From Octopus sinensis (Eukaryota), in contig NW_021834472.1 in assembly GCF_006345805.1 (NCBI RefSeq), positions 1 through 48,448 on the forward strand: 48,448 bases of DNA. The letters are read 5' to 3'. The notes beneath the pieces were generated by a model. The model was not told the origin of the DNA and ran no database searches. It saw nothing but the letters and a program-made list of their open reading frames with translations. The position numbers and the translations under genes are program-made. Shown here piece by piece: positions 37,476-48,321 of the stretch; the stretch's first letter is position 1; each line of letters starts with the position of its first letter.

Positions 37476-37695
37476 GAAAAACAAGTCAAAATAGAAAATG
37501 CTAAAATAATTTTATAAAGAACATTTCAGTACCGGTTTCGGTCATTTTGAGACCTTTTCAACTGTAACGATTAAATAATTAAATTTGGAAAAATTAAAAG
37601 AAAAGTTTTTTTAAAGGAATATTTGTATAGTGTTCAAATATAAGTGGCATTCTGCCTTTCCATTTCTCCCTTGTTTGCACTTGCGTGTTCGAGAT
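37476..37695 (-). mobile_element. (TA)n-flanked short element carrying a hammerhead
   Basis: ~220-bp AT-rich segment between two (TA)n arrays; partly inverted ends aaacaag..agaaaatg. Confidence 0.6.
37523..37568 (-). ncRNA. Minimal type I hammerhead ribozyme with U3-A8 covariant core
   Basis: GUUACAG-UUGAAAA-GGUC(UCAAAAU)GACC-GAAA-CCGG-UA/CUGAAAU; palindromic ACCGGU; GUA cleavage triplet; site between 37530 and 37529. Confidence 0.7.
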
Positions 37696-37733
37696 ATATA
37701 TATATATATTTACTGCAATATACTGCAATTATT

Positions 37734-38100
37734 AAGGCGGTGGTCTGACAGAATCGTTAGCACACGCCTGGCGAAATGCTTAGCGGTATTTCGTCTGCCG
37801 TTACGTACTGAGTTCAAATTCCGCCGAGGTCGACTTTGCCTTTCATCCTTTCGAGGTCGATAAATTAAGTACCAGTTACGCACTGGGGTCGATATAATCG
37901 ACTTAATCCGTTTGTCTGTCCTTGTTTGTCCCCTCCGTGTTTAGCCCCTTGTGGGTAGTAAAGAAATAGGTATTTCGTCTACCTTTACGTTCTGAGTTCA
38001 AATTCCGCCTTGGTCGACTTTATCTTTCATCCTTTCGGGGTCGATAAATTAAGTACCTGTTGCGTACTGGGGTTGATGTGCCTAGAGAAGAAAAGAAAAG
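37734..38100 (+). mobile_element. SINE composite A1 plus second A body and A2 tail, under one 17-bp TSD
   Basis: aatatactgcaattatt at 37717-37733 and 38101-38117; single head; junction aaagaaata|ggtatttcgtct at ~37968. Confidence 0.92.
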
Positions 38101-39382
38101 AATATACTGCAATTATTTCCCGTCTCTTTTCTATGACAACCTATCTCTCGGAATGGAAAAATCACATTTTCGTACAAGAACTATGGAACTATAAATAATG
38201 GAAGAAATAGAACTATGATGAGAAAATGAAAGTAAACCACTCAAATGTGTGAGCTTCTTTGTTCCGTAAAAAAAATTATACACACACACACACTGTGTGT
38301 ATGTGTGTATAACTATATGTGTGTGTGTGTGTGTGTATGTATAAGGACGATGAGAAAATGGAAAGAAAGAGATCATACTTGAGAAGGAAGTGTGAGACGT
38401 GAGGAAGGAAGGACAGGGTTGAAAATGTGGAGTGGAAAGAGGCCGCGGGAGAAAAACAATGTGATGGATTGTTTGATAATGCAATTATAATGATGTGGAT
38501 ATTGAAAGAAAGAAAGGAAGGAAGAAAGAAAGAAAGGAAGGAAGGAAGGAGCAAGCAAGCAAAGAAATATGAAACAAAATTAAAAGAAAAATGGGAAAAG
38601 GAACAAATAAATATTAATAGCTGTGTTGCTGATACGGTGTGAAGAAACGTCTGACTTAGTTGACATGCATAATGCTTTCGGCTTCTTTGAAGAATTCTTT
38701 GTTGACTCAGAAACAATCGGTAGTAAAACTTCTTCGATTTCTGAATAAATATCTAGAACAATGATCTGATCTAATGTTTCAAACAGGATTCTTTACACGC
38801 TGAATGCAAGATGTTCCGTACGTTTGAAGTATTAAACCTAATAGTGAAAGTTAGCCGCGATTTGCTGTCTTACTTATTGTGAAACAATGCCTTTTGTTAG
38901 TTTTTGTCATTGATATTGTTGACGTTGCTGCAAACTTCATGCAATATTGAAAAGCTAACGTTCTGACGTAGTATACTTCACAGAGACAGCCTAACATACA
39001 CTATCACGAAACTTCGTACCATGGCCTTCTCGTCCAAATTCAAATGCTTTCGAGCTTCGTGAATTATTTTTATATATCTTTTTTTTTTTATTTTGCAGAA
39101 TCAGTAGAGCGTCGGACAAAATGGCATACGTTATTCAGTCACGGTCCTTTACGTTCTGATTTCAAATTCTGCCATGGCCTCATACTTCTGAGATCCATAA
39201 AATGAAGAAATACTCGGATTAATCTCTCTCTCTCTTTCTCTTTCTTTCTCCCTCTCTCTTTCTCTCTCTCTCTGTCACACACACTCATACACACATACAC
39301 ACTCACTCACGCATACACACAAACACATTCACACACACACAAACGCACACGTACGCACTCGCACACACATACACACACACTC

Positions 39383-39415
<33 letters not shown>

Positions 39416-39417
39416 CA

Positions 39418-39651
39418 GGGCGGCGAGCTGGCAGAAACGTTAGCACGCCGGGCGAAATGCGTAGCCGTATTTCGTCTGCCGCTACGTTCTGAGTTCAAAT
39501 CCCGCGAGGTCGACTTTGCCTTTCATCCTTTCGGGGTCGATAAATAAAGTACCAGTTATGCACTGAGGTCGATATAATCGAATTAATCCGTTTGTCTGTC
39601 CTTGTTTGTCCCCTCTGTGTTTAGCCCCCTGTGGGCAATAAAGAAATGTAA
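39418..39651 (+). mobile_element. SINE A1 full length with 17-bp TSD
   Basis: atatatatgcacacaca at 39401-39417 and 39652-39668. Confidence 0.95.
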
Positions 39652-39889
39652 ATATATATGCACACACATACACAAACTCACTCACACATGCGCTCTCACA
39701 CACACACACACACACACACACAGTCTTTCAGAATCCACTGCAGCTTGCTGTGAAAATGACATAGGGTAATATACACAGCATCCTTCATCCAAGATAACCA
39801 TTTTTATTCTGTCGCCGAAATCCTTGTAGCACATGACACACAAAGATCAAGGCGTGTATCGTTGTTATGATGAATAATTCTTTCAAAAT

Positions 39890-40338
39890 GTTGGCACAAG
39901 TCCAGCAGTTTTTGGGTGGGGGTAGTTAGTCGATGCTATTCACACATTTACTTCCCAGTACTTTACTTTATAGACCTCAAAAGAATGAAAAGCAATGTTG
40001 ACCTCTGTTGTATTTGAACTCAGAAAGTAAAGAGCAAGAAGAAATGTCACTAAACATTTTGTTCGACGCGCTAAAGATTCTTACTTCTTTATTACCCACA
40101 AGGGGCTAAACATAGAGGAGACAAACAAGGACATACAAAGGGATTAAGTCGATCACATCGACCCCAGTGCGTAGCCGGTACTTAATTTATCGACCTCGGC
40201 GGAATTTGAACTCAGAACGTAACAGCAGACAAAATACCGCTAAGCATTTCGCTAAGCATTTCGCTAAGCATTTCAGAATGTAAGGGCGGACGAAAGCATT
40301 TTACTCGGCGTGCTAACAATTCTGCCAGCTCGCCGCCG
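39890..40338 (-). mobile_element. Mosaic of an old A2 (39890-40080) and an A1 (40081-40338) with internal rearrangements
   Basis: In element sense, the A1 tail joins gaatctttagcgc; the 12-mer gctaagcatttc is triplicated at 40239-40274. Confidence 0.8.
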
Positions 40339-40435
40339 TAGTTAGAATGAATAATGAATAATGGTCTTTGTCAGTTGTTTAATGCCTTACCTGATGGTTG
40401 CTTTTATTTTATATGCTTGCATGATATAAATAATC

Positions 40436-40832
40436 GGGAGTGGCTGTGTGGTAAGTAGCTTGTTTACCAACCACATGGTTCCGGATTCAGTCCCACTGCG
40501 TGGCATCTTGGGCAAGTGTCTTCTGCTATAGCCCCGGGCCGACCAATGCCTTGTGAATGGATTTGGTAGACGGAAACTGAAAGAAGCCTGTCGTATATAT
40601 GTATATATATATGTGTGTGTGTGAGTGTGTGTTTGTCCCCCTGGCATTGCTTGACAACCGATGCTGGTGTGTTTATGTCCCCGTTACTTAGCGGTTCGGC
40701 AAAAGAGACCGATAGAATAAGTACTGGGCTTACAAAAGAATAAGTCCCGGGGTCGAGTTGCTCGACTAAAGGCGGTGCTCCAGCATTGCCGCAGTCAAAT
40801 GACTGAAGCAAGTAAAGGAGTAAAAGAGTAAA
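40436..40832 (+). mobile_element. SINE family B, near full length
   Basis: A-box tggctgtgtgg, B-box-like ggattcagtccc, internal (GT)n, (TAAAAGAG) tail. Confidence 0.93.
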
Positions 40833-41310
40833 GTGTATACGATGTAGACTCAGCAAAGTAAATGGGTGCAGACGAAAATCTGGAAATGTAAAGTAGAAAA
40901 CACTTTCGAAATATTTCCTAGCAACGCGTGCATGCGTATATTCGCGTGCACGATTGGTACGTGTGTGTGTGTGTGTATGGGAATGCGAGCGCGTGCAATT
41001 GTGTGTGGTGAACCATCTCCGGGAGTAATTACTTTCCAATAAATGAAGATTTTATCTTGTATAGCATTTAGTATACTCTTATTGTTTTATTGAACTACAC
41101 CAGTTGTATAAGACTTTAGGCAAAATGTAGAAGTCCAGATCAACACACAATTTACAATATATTGCACTAATTTCAACCTCCTCAGATAACTGCAAGTTCC
41201 TCTTCTTTCTCTTATGTCTTTCTGTCTCCTTCACTCTGCATCAATGCTTTCATACATGCATAAATATGTGTTCACCAATGGAGTAAGATTATATATATAT
41301 ATAATATATA

Positions 41311-41344
<34 letters not shown>

Positions 41345-41348
<4 letters not shown>

Positions 41349-41775
41349 GTAAACAAAGTCAAATGCGATACAATAAAATTAATTATTATCGCCGGTGTTC
41401 TAGCACACGCCATATATTATTCATATATAAGTACATTAAAAGGCGAAGTGTGTACTAGATACACAAAAGCTGGATAAATTTAATGAGATGAAAATTAAAA
41501 ACTTTTACAAACTTAGTTCTTCTTATACTGCAGTTTCGCCTATTTCAGCAATAAAAATAATATTTATTTACTCAGGTAGGCTCTTCAGTAAGATTCCTGT
41601 TATTATGGGAAGCGCACATCAATAGAGGCACGTGCGTCTATTAAATTGCTCTTTCTAAACTATTCAAATCACTGCGCAGACTCAGAACGTCCCGACAAAA
41701 TAGGGTTTTCTGGTATATCGTCTAACGCTCAAACATTTATCGAGAAAATACGTAAACAAAGTCAAATGCGATACA

Positions 41776-41778
<3 letters not shown>
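41345..41778 (-). mobile_element. Retrozyme/Penelope-like non-autonomous element: 403-bp unit with 31-bp terminal direct repeats, in (TA)n
   Basis: atacgtaaacaaagtcaaatgcgatacaata at 41345-41375 and 41748-41778; internal hammerhead; (TA)n on both sides. Confidence 0.75.
41521..41593 (-). ncRNA. Apparently intact minimal type I hammerhead ribozyme
   Basis: UCUUA-CUGAAGA-GCCUA(34-nt loop)UAGGC-GAAA-CUGCAG-UA/UAAGA. All core nucleotides present, 5-bp stems I and II, palindromic ACUGCAGU; site between 41526 and 41525. Confidence 0.85.
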
Positions 41779-41853
<75 letters not shown>

Positions 41854-42529
41854 GATGGCTATCGACCCTTGTCAGATGATAGACGTCTCACATTCCGCTT
41901 GATTATTCTGGTTTACTTTCATTCTTGCCTACACACGGATATCCATCGACATCCATTGGGACTTTATAAAATACACAATGGAACAAGAAATGAAATGATA
42001 GAGAGACATTCGTACATCATTGGATTTGAGTGACAACAACTTGTACAATGCTTTTGAAAATCTCTCGGTCATCGTAGTTGGTTCCAATATGACTAGCATC
42101 GCATGGTTACTGGTACCATTTTGACAGCAAGTTTACACCAGAACGTCTTTCTGCTAGAATAACTGCCTTCCCTACAGCTTTCCCAACCACATATGCATGG
42201 GAAACAAACATCTTAACACACAGCCATAATACATACACACAGCCATAGATACATACATATATATATATGCATGCATACATACGTACGTACATACATAAAT
42301 GTATGCATGCATATATACGTAGATACAAACATACATACATACATACATACATATATTCATGCATAAAACTTTCCAGAACTTTATCATTTAAGTATATAGG
42401 AGCATGTCTAAACATACAACTATAAGCATGAGAATACTTGCATAAAATAAAATATACAAATCTACACATACATACATACATACATACATACATACATACA
42501 TACAAAATTATCCTGTTGATATTGTTCAA

Positions 42530-44847
42530 ATTCCAATATAGGGGCCTTCGATTTAGGTTAGAACCCGGCTCTTTCTCAATTGAAAAGAAACCTTCGAATA
42601 AAACTGAATAGTTGACAACTTGACTGTTGATGGTGTACACTTCGATTGTTACTCGCGATTTAAAATTTGTTTAACAACATTTTGAGTGAGTGTTTTTGTT
42701 TTGTAACCCTTTGCGAATTAATGGCAGACAATAGTGTCCAAAAACAGGAAGTGGTACACCCAAAATTTCAAGAAATCGTGGTTGGTTGATGCTGAGTTTA
42801 AAGATTGGTTACAGCAAGATGATAAAAATCCTGACACCTACGACTACGTTTGTTCCAACGTTGTGTTGAAAAATGCTTACAAATCAATGCTGTTAGCTCA
42901 TAAAAATACTGCCAAACACAAGAAAGCTTTTGATTGTGCGAAATCTGCTATTAAATTAGATTCATTTATTGTTTAAAAAAAACAGATTACACATTAAATG
43001 AATAAATAGCTAAGGCAGACTTGCTACTAACAGGTTATATTGCTGAACATCACATACCTTTCATACATATAAATCACTTAGCTGAAATTTCCTGATAGTG
43101 AAATAGCTAAAATTCTACAAATGAAAAAAACAAAATTAACTTACATTATGCAAGACGGAATTGCACATTATGAACTAAATGAAATCTTGGAAATTCTCAA
43201 GAAACAAAAGTTTTCTGTATTGACAGGTGAGAGTACGGACATCTCAGTGTCACAAATGTTTGCAACATTTGTTCGCTTTTTTTATGAACAATCGCTTAAT
43301 GTCAAGGATGCTCTTCTGGATGCAATTGTAATAGAAAATGGTTCGATGCTGTCAAGACTACGCTTACAAAAGAAGATGTATCTATGAGCAACATACTTTG
43401 ATTTGCCAGCGATAATTACTCAACATTGATGAGTAACAACAGCGGGTTTTCAAAAGTTATTGAAACGATATTCCGACTGTATTTACAATAGGCTGCTTTT
43501 GCCATTTGTTTGCACTTTGTTCAAATCATGCAGTGAAGGTGTTACCTTCGTATCTCGAGTCCTTTTTAAAGGACTTCAGCCTTGTGGCGAACGTCAAAAT
43601 GACCAATATGATACAAAGTGTTGTTGGCACAAAACCACCTAGATGATTGTCGTGTGAAAATGTAATTAACGTTATAATAGAACAGTGGGGCGCCCTTGTA
43701 CTTTATTTTCAGTCTGAGGCTAAAGTAGAAAACGTGGACGGAGCAAAATGGATCTAAGAAACAATGATTAACAAAGGGACGAAGCAGATGCTGCTCTTCT
43801 TACATTATATATTAAAGAAAGTAAATGCTCTTAATGTCGAGTTTTAATCGGAACACTTTCGACTGCATCTGTTGCATACATTCGTATCCAGTGAATATAA
43901 AAATATCCTTTGTTGCTTTATGAAAGGGGATGTTTTAGCGGTATCTAAATTATTAGATATTGATCTTGATAACACAACAAATCACAAAGATATGAGTGAT
44001 ATTTACCTCGATGGACGCGCAAAGAGATATCTAGATCAAAACCCCATCGTTGGTGACTCAGCTAGATTCAAAACTGATTGCAAAAATTTTTCAATAGAAT
44101 TATGCTCTCAAATAAAAATGCGCTTTCACCTCGATGAAGCTGGAGTGTTTGCCCCTTAGAAATACTTGATTCAAGAGTAGTGCGCGATTTCACTAATTCT
44201 CCTCAGTCGATAATTCTTTTGGCATCAAACTTTCCAGCAATGGTACCAGAAAACACAAGTGATGAACTAGACGATGCGTGGAGATTATTTCGGCGATATA
44301 AAGATATTTCTGTTTCCTCAAAAATCATCCCTGAATTCTGGTATTCCATACGCAATCTTAAAGACGGGCTTGACCTCTCTAAATTTGAGAGGCTGTCACA
44401 ATTTAACGGTATTATCTCATTCGTCAGCTTGCGTGGATCGCATATTTCCCCAAGTAAGTTGCACAATGTTCACTAACAGGTTGAAGGCCGAAATGATCAC
44501 CGACCATCTCTCGCTAAAGAAGAAAGGAAGCGTCATACATTTCTTTAGAGCCGAACGCTAAACTTGTTAAAGATGTAGTGAATGGGTCTTGTCACCGTAG
44601 ATATACGAGTAGATTGAATTTCAAAAAGGGAGGGGTGAATGAAGACGATGTGGATGTGTACGAAATTGACAATTAACTGCCATATGATATAAAGTAAAAA
44701 TTAAATTCTGTATTCACTTTGTCATATAACATATTTTATCATTAAATTACCAATTATATATTTTCTAACATCTAGGTTTATAAAATAGGATCTGGGTTTT
44801 TTGCAGCAAATGACCTGTGTGTCCTTATATGATGAGTAGCAACCCTA
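42530..44847 (+). mobile_element. Decayed hAT-superfamily DNA transposon (transposase pseudogene ~42734-44560)
   Basis: N-terminal Zn-finger-like WYTQNFKKSW...H...KHKK, catalytic-region FSVLTGESTDIS (canonical D-E-S-T-D), FASDNYSTL and a C-terminal dimerisation-like SSACVDRIF, all broken by stops and frameshifts; possible right TIR tagcaacccta at 44837-44847. Confidence 0.85.
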
Positions 44848-44849
44848 GT

Positions 44850-45122
44850 CGTGAGTTCAATCCCAAGAGACGTGTTGTGTCCTTGAGTAAGACAATTTAT
44901 TTCAGGTTGTTCTAGTCCACTCAGCTGGCAAAAATGAGTAGCATCTGTATTTCAAAGAGCCAGCCTTGTCACAATCTGCATCGTGCTGAATCTCCCTGAG
45001 AACAACGTTAAGGGTACACGTGTCTGTGGAGTGCTCAGCCACTTGCGCGTAAATTTCACGAGCAAGCTGTTCCGTTGGTCGTACTAGCTGGGACCCTTGT
45101 CGTCGTAACCGACGGAGTGCTC
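44850..45122 (+). mobile_element. tRNA-derived SINE family G, 5' end missing
   Basis: B-box gagttcaatccc, gtgtccttgagtaagac, gtccactcagctggcaaaaatgag central domain. Confidence 0.7.
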
Positions 45123-45126
45123 CTTA

Positions 45127-45170
<44 letters not shown>

Positions 45171-46464
45171 CGTGCGTACGCGTGTGCATGCGCGCGCGTG
45201 CGTATACATCTGCATGTATGTATGTACGTATATCGAGAATTAATACCCAGCATAATGTCGCACATTGAGAACAACGTGATAGCTTTCACATGGTCCTTGA
45301 TGAAATGGCTGCCAAGTTTCCTTCAAAACATACCTTACAATCTTTTTCTCCCGTTGCTTTTTTTTTAAGAAAAAAGAAAAGATTGAACAATGTAGTCGTC
45401 CACACATTGTTCGCATAAAAGACTGAATGGTTACGAATGAAACGTATTAATCACCAATGTCCTTGATCAAAGATGACCTGGGGCAAACAACAAGACTAAC
45501 AGTTGAATAACCGTGTTTAAAAGGTCAGAGATACACAAGGTTGCCGGAGTAGTCTTAATAATTGCTCGTTAGATTTATTCCTGCAGAATTGTACTAAGTT
45601 ATCTTAATCGATTTGGCATGAATGAAATAGGGAAAACAGCTTGTTTTGACAACCTTTAAAGGTTGCACTGTGCCAACAGCCCTAAGTTGCTGGGTTGGTA
45701 CTGAACTATTATGAGCTTTTAGAGTACTGTTCTATGTATTTATACATCTATCACTCCATTTTCTTTATTATTTCATCATTTTGTCATGTTATACAAACTA
45801 TGTACACATCATTTTTCTTTTCTCTGCCGATCTCTCTTTCCTATTTCTAATGATGAATTCCCTATTTCGAAGTTACGTATGTAACTATGATATTTAAGTA
45901 TTTGATATGTTCATGTGTGTGTGTACCTTCTATTCTTTCTCTTTCACTTGTGTCAGTCATTGGAGAACGGCATGATGCGACACTGCCTGGAAGGATTTAC
46001 TGGAACTTATCTACTGGAATAAGCCCAGTACTTATATCAATAACTATTAACGAACCGCTATTTTGCATGAGCGAAAACGAACCGGTTATCAAGCGGTGGC
46101 ACAGAACAAATACACATATAGAAACACGCACACACACATACATAATAAAGATTTAATATACATATACATGTGCACAGACATGTGTGTGTGTATGTGTGTG
46201 TCTGGTGGTGGGGTATGCGCGCGCGAACTTTAGTTTAGTTAAACTATGTTTATAACATATTTCAACTTCTGAAGGCAAAACATATTTTAACTAAACTAAG
46301 GCTCGCTCATGTCTAAATAATGCTTGGCGCTGATACTACTGTAATATGTATGTGTGTATGTGTGTATGTGTGTTTGCGTGCGTGCGTGCATGTATGTATG
46401 TATGTATGTATGTATGTGTGTATGTATGTATGTATGTATGTATGTATGTACGTACGTACGTACG

Positions 46465-46632
46465 TATATGACTGGCTTCTTTCGTTCCCGTCTACCAAAT
46501 CCATTTACAAGGCTTCGGTCGGCACGGGGCTATAATAACAGACACTCTACCAAGATGCCCACACAGTGGGACCGAACCCGCAACTACGTACCTGAAAAAC
46601 AGACTTCTTACTACATAGCCGGACGCCTGCGT
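46465..46632 (-). mobile_element. SINE family B, 5' half
   Basis: Reverse complement matches the head and the ggatttggtagacgg..aagaagcc block of 40436-40590. Confidence 0.8.
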
Positions 46633-47274
46633 ATGTGAGTTTTATCCAGTCCACCCAGCCTCACCAGGAAGGTTGATCCTGTGGTGGACTGGTGTTTAAT
46701 TCGGTGGAGAAATCTTGCATTCGTAGTTTCTTAAACGAATCGGAAACCATACTAAGCTTCAGCGTATTATGTCTGTAGGCTTGAGACAGACTTTAATTAT
46801 ATCTTTGTAATGTAATTTGTGCAGATAATGGCGCTTAAGCAACCGTCGTAATTTAATATATAGTTCCCTTACAGCGTAGACATTGATTATTCAAATAAAT
46901 TAGCATATTACCAATGTGCTTGTGTATGTATGTATGTATGTATTCATGTATGTATGTGTGTGTTTATGTAGATATGTATGCATATATATACACACACACA
47001 AATAAATATATACATGTGCGCGCGCGTGTGTATAAAATACAAAAATGGGACAAGAACGCAAAACATCCAGACAGTTAGGTGATACAAAAAAGGGACAACA
47101 AATCATCCAGATAGACGATACAAAGAAAACAAGGGCGGGTCATTCGGAGTTTTCTTTCCTAAGTCGAGGAAATTTCAACTTTGATTTTCGCGTTTTATGT
47201 ACAATTTTATAATATGATATAATATTATAAATATAATCTACTGAAATGATAGAATATCAAATGTTCATTCTGAT

Positions 47275-47319
47275 TGAACTAGTGCTTTCATGCATTAAAC
47301 TATGCAATCTTCAGGTTTA
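47275..47319 (-). ncRNA. Minimal hammerhead motif, left arm
   Basis: UAAAC-CUGAAGA-U-UGCAU(AGUUUA)AUGCA-U-GAAA-GCAC-UA/GUUCA. Confidence 0.6.
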
Positions 47320-47389
47320 TATAGTAGCGGTGACAGTTATATTTTACATTTTACAAATGTAAATTGTAAAACCTGTTACCACTATTACA

Positions 47390-47434
47390 TGAACCTGAAG
47401 ACTGCATAGTTTAATGCATGAAAGTACTACTTCA
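47390..47434 (+). ncRNA. Minimal hammerhead motif, right arm
   Basis: UGAAC-CUGAAGA-C-UGCAU(AGUUUA)AUGCA-U-GAAA-GUAC-UA/CUUCA; palindromic AGUACU; first stem I pair mismatched. Confidence 0.62.
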
Positions 47435-47589
47435 ATCAGAATGAACATTTGATATTCTATCATATAATTATATTATATTATATTATATTATATCATATTA
47501 TATTGTTATAAGATTGTAAATAAAACGTGAAAATCAAGGTTGGAATTTCTTTGAGTTATATATTCATCCTATACGCAAACATACACACT

Positions 47590-47641
<52 letters not shown>

Positions 47642-47836
47642 TATATATTCATGTGTATGCTATGTAGGTATATGTATGTATATATATGCATGTATATGTA
47701 TGTATATATATGTATATATGTATGCATATATATATAAATATATATATATAAATATATATATATATACATGTGTGTACACACATACATATATCTATAACAA
47801 GAAAAGAAAATGTAATTTTTGAGGTTCTTTATTAAT

Positions 47837-47938
47837 CACAACAATCGTTTCGACCCATCAGACATCATCTTCTCGCAGTCGAGGTTATGGACAACCGGTT
47901 GTAGTACATACTTCGGTGTAGATGTGTCTTATCAGGTG
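47837..47938 (-). ncRNA. Hammerhead-like motif with long stem II loop, G8A variant, in a (TA)n-flanked element (~47795-48045)
   Basis: CAC-CUGAUAA-GACACAUC(~60 nt)GAUGGGUC-GAAA-CGAUUG-UU/GUG; 7/8-bp stem II. Confidence 0.5.
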
Positions 47939-48065
47939 GTCTCAAAATTCCTCTCGCTCAATAAACTTGGTTTCCCTTCGTTTGTTTATAATGCATTTCG
48001 TTATTTGCTTGTAGTTGGTCGCATACATGTTTCTTTGTTTCGTTAATATATATATATATATATCA

Positions 48066-48294
48066 GGCGGCGAGCTGGCAGAAACGTTAGCACGCTGGAC
48101 GAAATGCTTTGCGGTGTTTCGTCTGCCGCTGTGTTCTGAGTTCAAATTCCGCCGAGGTCGACTTTGCCTTTCATCCTTTCGGGGTCGATAAATTAAATTC
48201 CAGTTACGCACTGGGGTCGAATGTAATCGACTTAATCCCTTTGTCTGTCTTGTTTGTCCCCTCTATGTTTAGCCCTTTTTTGGTTAGTAAAGAA
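48066..48294 (+). mobile_element. SINE A1 full length inserted in (TA)n
   Basis: Complete head, body and tail. Confidence 0.93.
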
Positions 48295-48321
48295 ATATAT
48301 ATATACACACACACACATATT

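Larger units (their letters stand above)
47169..47549. mobile_element. ~380-bp foldback element, each arm carrying a hammerhead motif
   Basis: Arms are reverse complements, with about 13 substitutions in the segments aligned, mostly transitions; the centre is also palindromic. Confidence 0.88.

Noticed and set aside
41399-41459. Bulged hairpin considered as a twister or second hammerhead
   Set aside because: Lacks CUGANGA and the twister pseudoknot segments; kept only as an accessory stem-loop.
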